From Treponemataceae bacterium (GTDB taxonomy: Bacteria; Spirochaetota; Spirochaetia; Treponematales; Rectinemataceae): a stretch of 64,000 nucleotides of DNA. The stretch spans positions 448,001 through 512,000 of the forward strand of contig CAXXVZ010000003.1 of assembly GCA_963678065.2 (NCBI GenBank), read 5' to 3'. Numbering within the stretch: the stretch's first letter is position 1; the number at the start of each line of letters is the position of its first letter. Shown piece by piece: positions 61,190-64,000 of the stretch. The position numbers and the translations under genes were made by a program. The notes beneath the pieces are model-generated. The model worked only from the letters and a program-made list of their open reading frames with translations. It had not been told where the DNA came from and searched no databases.

Positions 61190-63535
61190 ATGCCCGAGAA
61201 CGAGATAATCCCGATAGAACAGCTTCTGCCGAACAAGCTTCCGATAATTCCCCTGATGGGAAGACCGATTTTTCCTGGAATCTTCACGCCGATCATGGTC
61301 GGAAACACGGGAGACGTGAAGGTAGTCGAAGAGGCGCTCGGATCTGACGGAATGGTCGGCCTCGTCATGCTCACGAACGATGCCGAAAATCCAGTCTCGA
61401 CCGATCTCCATCCTGTCGGCACAGTGGCAAAAATAGTCAAACGGATCAATCTTCCGGATGGCGGAGCCAACATCTTCATTTCGACCCTGAAGCGTTTCCG
61501 GATCAAGAAATTCCTCTCGAAGGAACCGCCCATCGTCGCCGCCGTCGAATACCTGGATGAAAAAGATGATGACACGGACGAAATAAAGGCTCTGACGCGC
61601 GCGCTCATCGGCGAGATGAAGCAGGTTTCCGAGAACAACCCGCTTTTTTCCGAAGAGATGCGCCTCAACATGATCAACATCGACCACCCCGGAAAGATCG
61701 CGGACTTCATCGCGAGCATCCTCAACATCGACAAAAACGACCAGCAGAAGATACTGGAGACTACCGACGTCCGCGACCGGATGGAAAAAGTCCTCATCTT
61801 CATCAAGAAAGAACAGGAACTCCTCAAAATCCAGAAAAAAGTCCAGTCCGAGATCAACGAAAAAATCGAGAAAAGCCAGCGCGACTATTTCCTCAAGGAG
61901 GAACTCAAGGCCATCAAGAACGAGCTGGGCATGCCCACGGATGCCAAAGGCTCGGACTATCAGCGATTCAAGGACAAGATCGACGGCTTCGCCTTCGAAG
62001 GCGAGATCAAGGAGCAGGTCGAGCAGGAACTCGAGAAATTCAATCTCATGGACCCCAACTCATCCGAGTTCATGGTCACGCGCAGCTGGCTCGACCTCAT
62101 CTGCAACCTGCCCTGGAAGGTTACCGTCTCGGGCGACTTCGACCTGAAGCGCGCCCAGGACATTCTCGAGACTGATCACTACGGCCTTGAGGACGTAAAG
62201 GACAGAATCATCGAGTATCTCGCTGTCCGCAAACTCAAGAACGACGCCAGAGGATCGATACTCTGTCTCGTGGGTCCCCCCGGTGTCGGCAAGACGAGCG
62301 TAGGCAAATCCATAGCGAAGGCGCTCAACAAGCAGTTCTTCCGTTTCTCCGTCGGCGGCATGCGCGACGAGGCCGAGATCAAGGGCCACAGGCGTACCTA
62401 CGTCGGCGCCCTTCCCGGGAAGATTGTCCAGGGACTCAAGATCGCGAAGACCCGCGATCCTGTCTTCATGATCGACGAGATCGACAAGATGGGCGCAAGC
62501 TACCAAGGCGACCCTTCGAGTGCGCTGCTCGAGGCCCTCGATCCGGAGCAGAATTTTTCTTTCAGAGACCACTACCTCGACCTGCCCTTCGACATCTCCA
62601 ATGTGTTCTTTATCTGCACGGCCAACACCTTGGACACTGTCCCGAGGCCCCTCATCGATCGCATGGAGATCATCCAGCTCTCCGGGTATGTGGACAGCGA
62701 GAAACTGGAGATAGCCCGCAATTACCTCATTCCGAAGAGTCTCGAACGGAACGGAATCCGCAAAAGCGCAGTTCGGTACACGCGCGACGCGCTCCTGACC
62801 ATCGCAGAGTCCTACGCCAGAGAGGCGGGAGTGCGGAATTTCGAAAAGGCCCTGGACAAGATCCACCGCAAAGTCGCAAAGAGCATGGTCCTCGAAGGCA
62901 AAGAGAAGGACAAGTTCACGATCGACAAGGCGGCTGTCGAGAAAAATCTCGGTAAACCCCTTTTCCGCGAAGACGGGAGCAAGCGGGTCACCAAGCCCGG
63001 CATGTCGGTCGGACTGGCCTGGACGAGCATGGGCGGCGACACCCTCATCATCGAAGCCGTCGCCAATCCTGGCAAGGAAGGTTTCAAACTGACAGGACAG
63101 ATGGGGAGTGTCATGCAGGAATCGGCGGGCATCGCCTACACCTATGTCAGGCACATCGCGGCCGAGCGATTTGGCATCGGAGCCGACTATTTCGAAGGAA
63201 GGCAGATACACCTGCACATACCTGAAGGGGCGACTCCGAAGGACGGTCCCTCCGCGGGCATCACGATGGCGACGGCTCTACTGTCCCTCGTCCTCGGGAA
63301 AAAAATACGCGATCGCCTCGCCATGACTGGAGAGCTTTCGCTGACCGGTCAAGTCCTGCCGATCGGGGGTCTCAAGGAAAAAACGGTCGCAGCCAAGCGC
63401 AACAAGATCAAGGAAATCATCATCCCCGCGGGCAACGCGCGCGATCTGGAAGAGATACCCGAACATATCCGCAAGGGCATCACCTTCCAGACCGTGGAGA
63501 GGATGGAGGACGTCATCGACCTCCTGTTCGGCTGA
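61190..63535 (+). CDS. lon: ATP-dependent Lon protease
   Basis: DHYGLEDVK, GPPGVGKT, GHRRTYVGA, IDEIDK, PKDGPSAG (Ser), IGGLKEK (Lys). Confidence 0.99.
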   Translation: MPENEIIPIEQLLPNKLPIIPLMGRPIFPGIFTPIMVGNTGDVKVVEEALGSDGMVGLVMLTNDAENPVSTDLHPVGTVAKIVKRINLPDGGANIFISTLKRFRIKKFLSKEPPIVAAVEYLDEKDDDTDEIKALTRALIGEMKQVSENNPLFSEEMRLNMINIDHPGKIADFIASILNIDKNDQQKILETTDVRDRMEKVLIFIKKEQELLKIQKKVQSEINEKIEKSQRDYFLKEELKAIKNELGMPTDAKGSDYQRFKDKIDGFAFEGEIKEQVEQELEKFNLMDPNSSEFMVTRSWLDLICNLPWKVTVSGDFDLKRAQDILETDHYGLEDVKDRIIEYLAVRKLKNDARGSILCLVGPPGVGKTSVGKSIAKALNKQFFRFSVGGMRDEAEIKGHRRTYVGALPGKIVQGLKIAKTRDPVFMIDEIDKMGASYQGDPSSALLEALDPEQNFSFRDHYLDLPFDISNVFFICTANTLDTVPRPLIDRMEIIQLSGYVDSEKLEIARNYLIPKSLERNGIRKSAVRYTRDALLTIAESYAREAGVRNFEKALDKIHRKVAKSMVLEGKEKDKFTIDKAAVEKNLGKPLFREDGSKRVTKPGMSVGLAWTSMGGDTLIIEAVANPGKEGFKLTGQMGSVMQESAGIAYTYVRHIAAERFGIGADYFEGRQIHLHIPEGATPKDGPSAGITMATALLSLVLGKKIRDRLAMTGELSLTGQVLPIGGLKEKTVAAKRNKIKEIIIPAGNARDLEEIPEHIRKGITFQTVERMEDVIDLLFG

Positions 63536-63547
63536 TAATCCTGTATC

Positions 63548-64000
63548 TCAGGCTTCTTCCGGTTCCCAGTTTCCATTCCTGTTTTTCAGTCCACAGGTGG
63601 AAGAGAGGAGACGGGAGAGGCCTTCGTTCAGGCTTCGCGAGGTAGATGCCAGGGGCTCGGACAGATGTCCGGAACCGAAACCGCTTGTGAGGAGTGTTTC
63701 GGCGAGCAGCTTTGCCGCGATGAATCTCTCCTTCTTTTCTACGGCGAGTGCGAGAAAATCAGGCAGGATTCCTGTGACCTCCCAGGTGACCTGCTCGGCT
63801 TGCGAGTAGGAGCCGGCATCCTTGTCTTGGTCCGAAAAGCGGGTTGGCAAGTCCCCCGCGATTTCGTCGAGTCGGGGAACCAGCCACTCCAAGTCGAAGA
63901 GTCCCGTCGCGCAGTTGAAAAGAACGGACGTTCCGGCCCTCTCGAATTCCATCACGCGTTCCCAGGAGATGGCTGGGCCGATATCGGCCACTGTCCTTCC
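63548..64000 (-). CDS. Hypothetical protein, probably truncated by the window edge
   Basis: Frame is open to the window end and converges on lon; no recognisable motif. Confidence 0.45.
   Translation of the reverse strand, partial: GRTVADIGPAISWERVMEFERAGTSVLFNCATGLFDLEWLVPRLDEIAGDLPTRFSDQDKDAGSYSQAEQVTWEVTGILPDFLALAVEKKERFIAAKLLAETLLTSGFGSGHLSEPLASTSRSLNEGLSRLLSSTCGLKNRNGNWEPEEA

Overview
Mostly core-genome window of a spirochaete (class Spirochaetia, Treponema/Rectinema-like), judged from 16S signatures, archaeal-type PheRS and a spirochaete-type LptD. In order it holds: partial mnmA; an orphan oadB plus a small oadG-like gene; fprA; a five-gene ABC/LolA-like/outer-membrane-barrel module; amylosucrase; a PLP aminotransferase; ychF, uvrA, lptD; phoH-pgpH-ybeY-corC; gdhA followed by a large receiver/ATP-grasp/putative phospho-His protein; pheST; a divergent speE; yifB/comM; a complete rrn operon (16S, tRNA-Ile, 23S, 5S); a DegT-like gene with nadK-recN; cdd; envelope genes; yggS, apt, gpmI and a CYTH gene; a tripartite RND pump; tRNA-Val; pfkB; and lon. 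I saw no CRISPR array, prophage, integrase or IS. The best candidate for an undescribed system is the gdhA locus: a possible switch-like leader, a direct-inverted-direct repeat at the stop codon, and a dikinase-like protein lacking a pyruvate domain but carrying an intact receiver Asp. Several apparent pseudoenzymes are also present (DegT-like, SpeE-like, M23). All calls come from reading motifs by eye; no searches were run.
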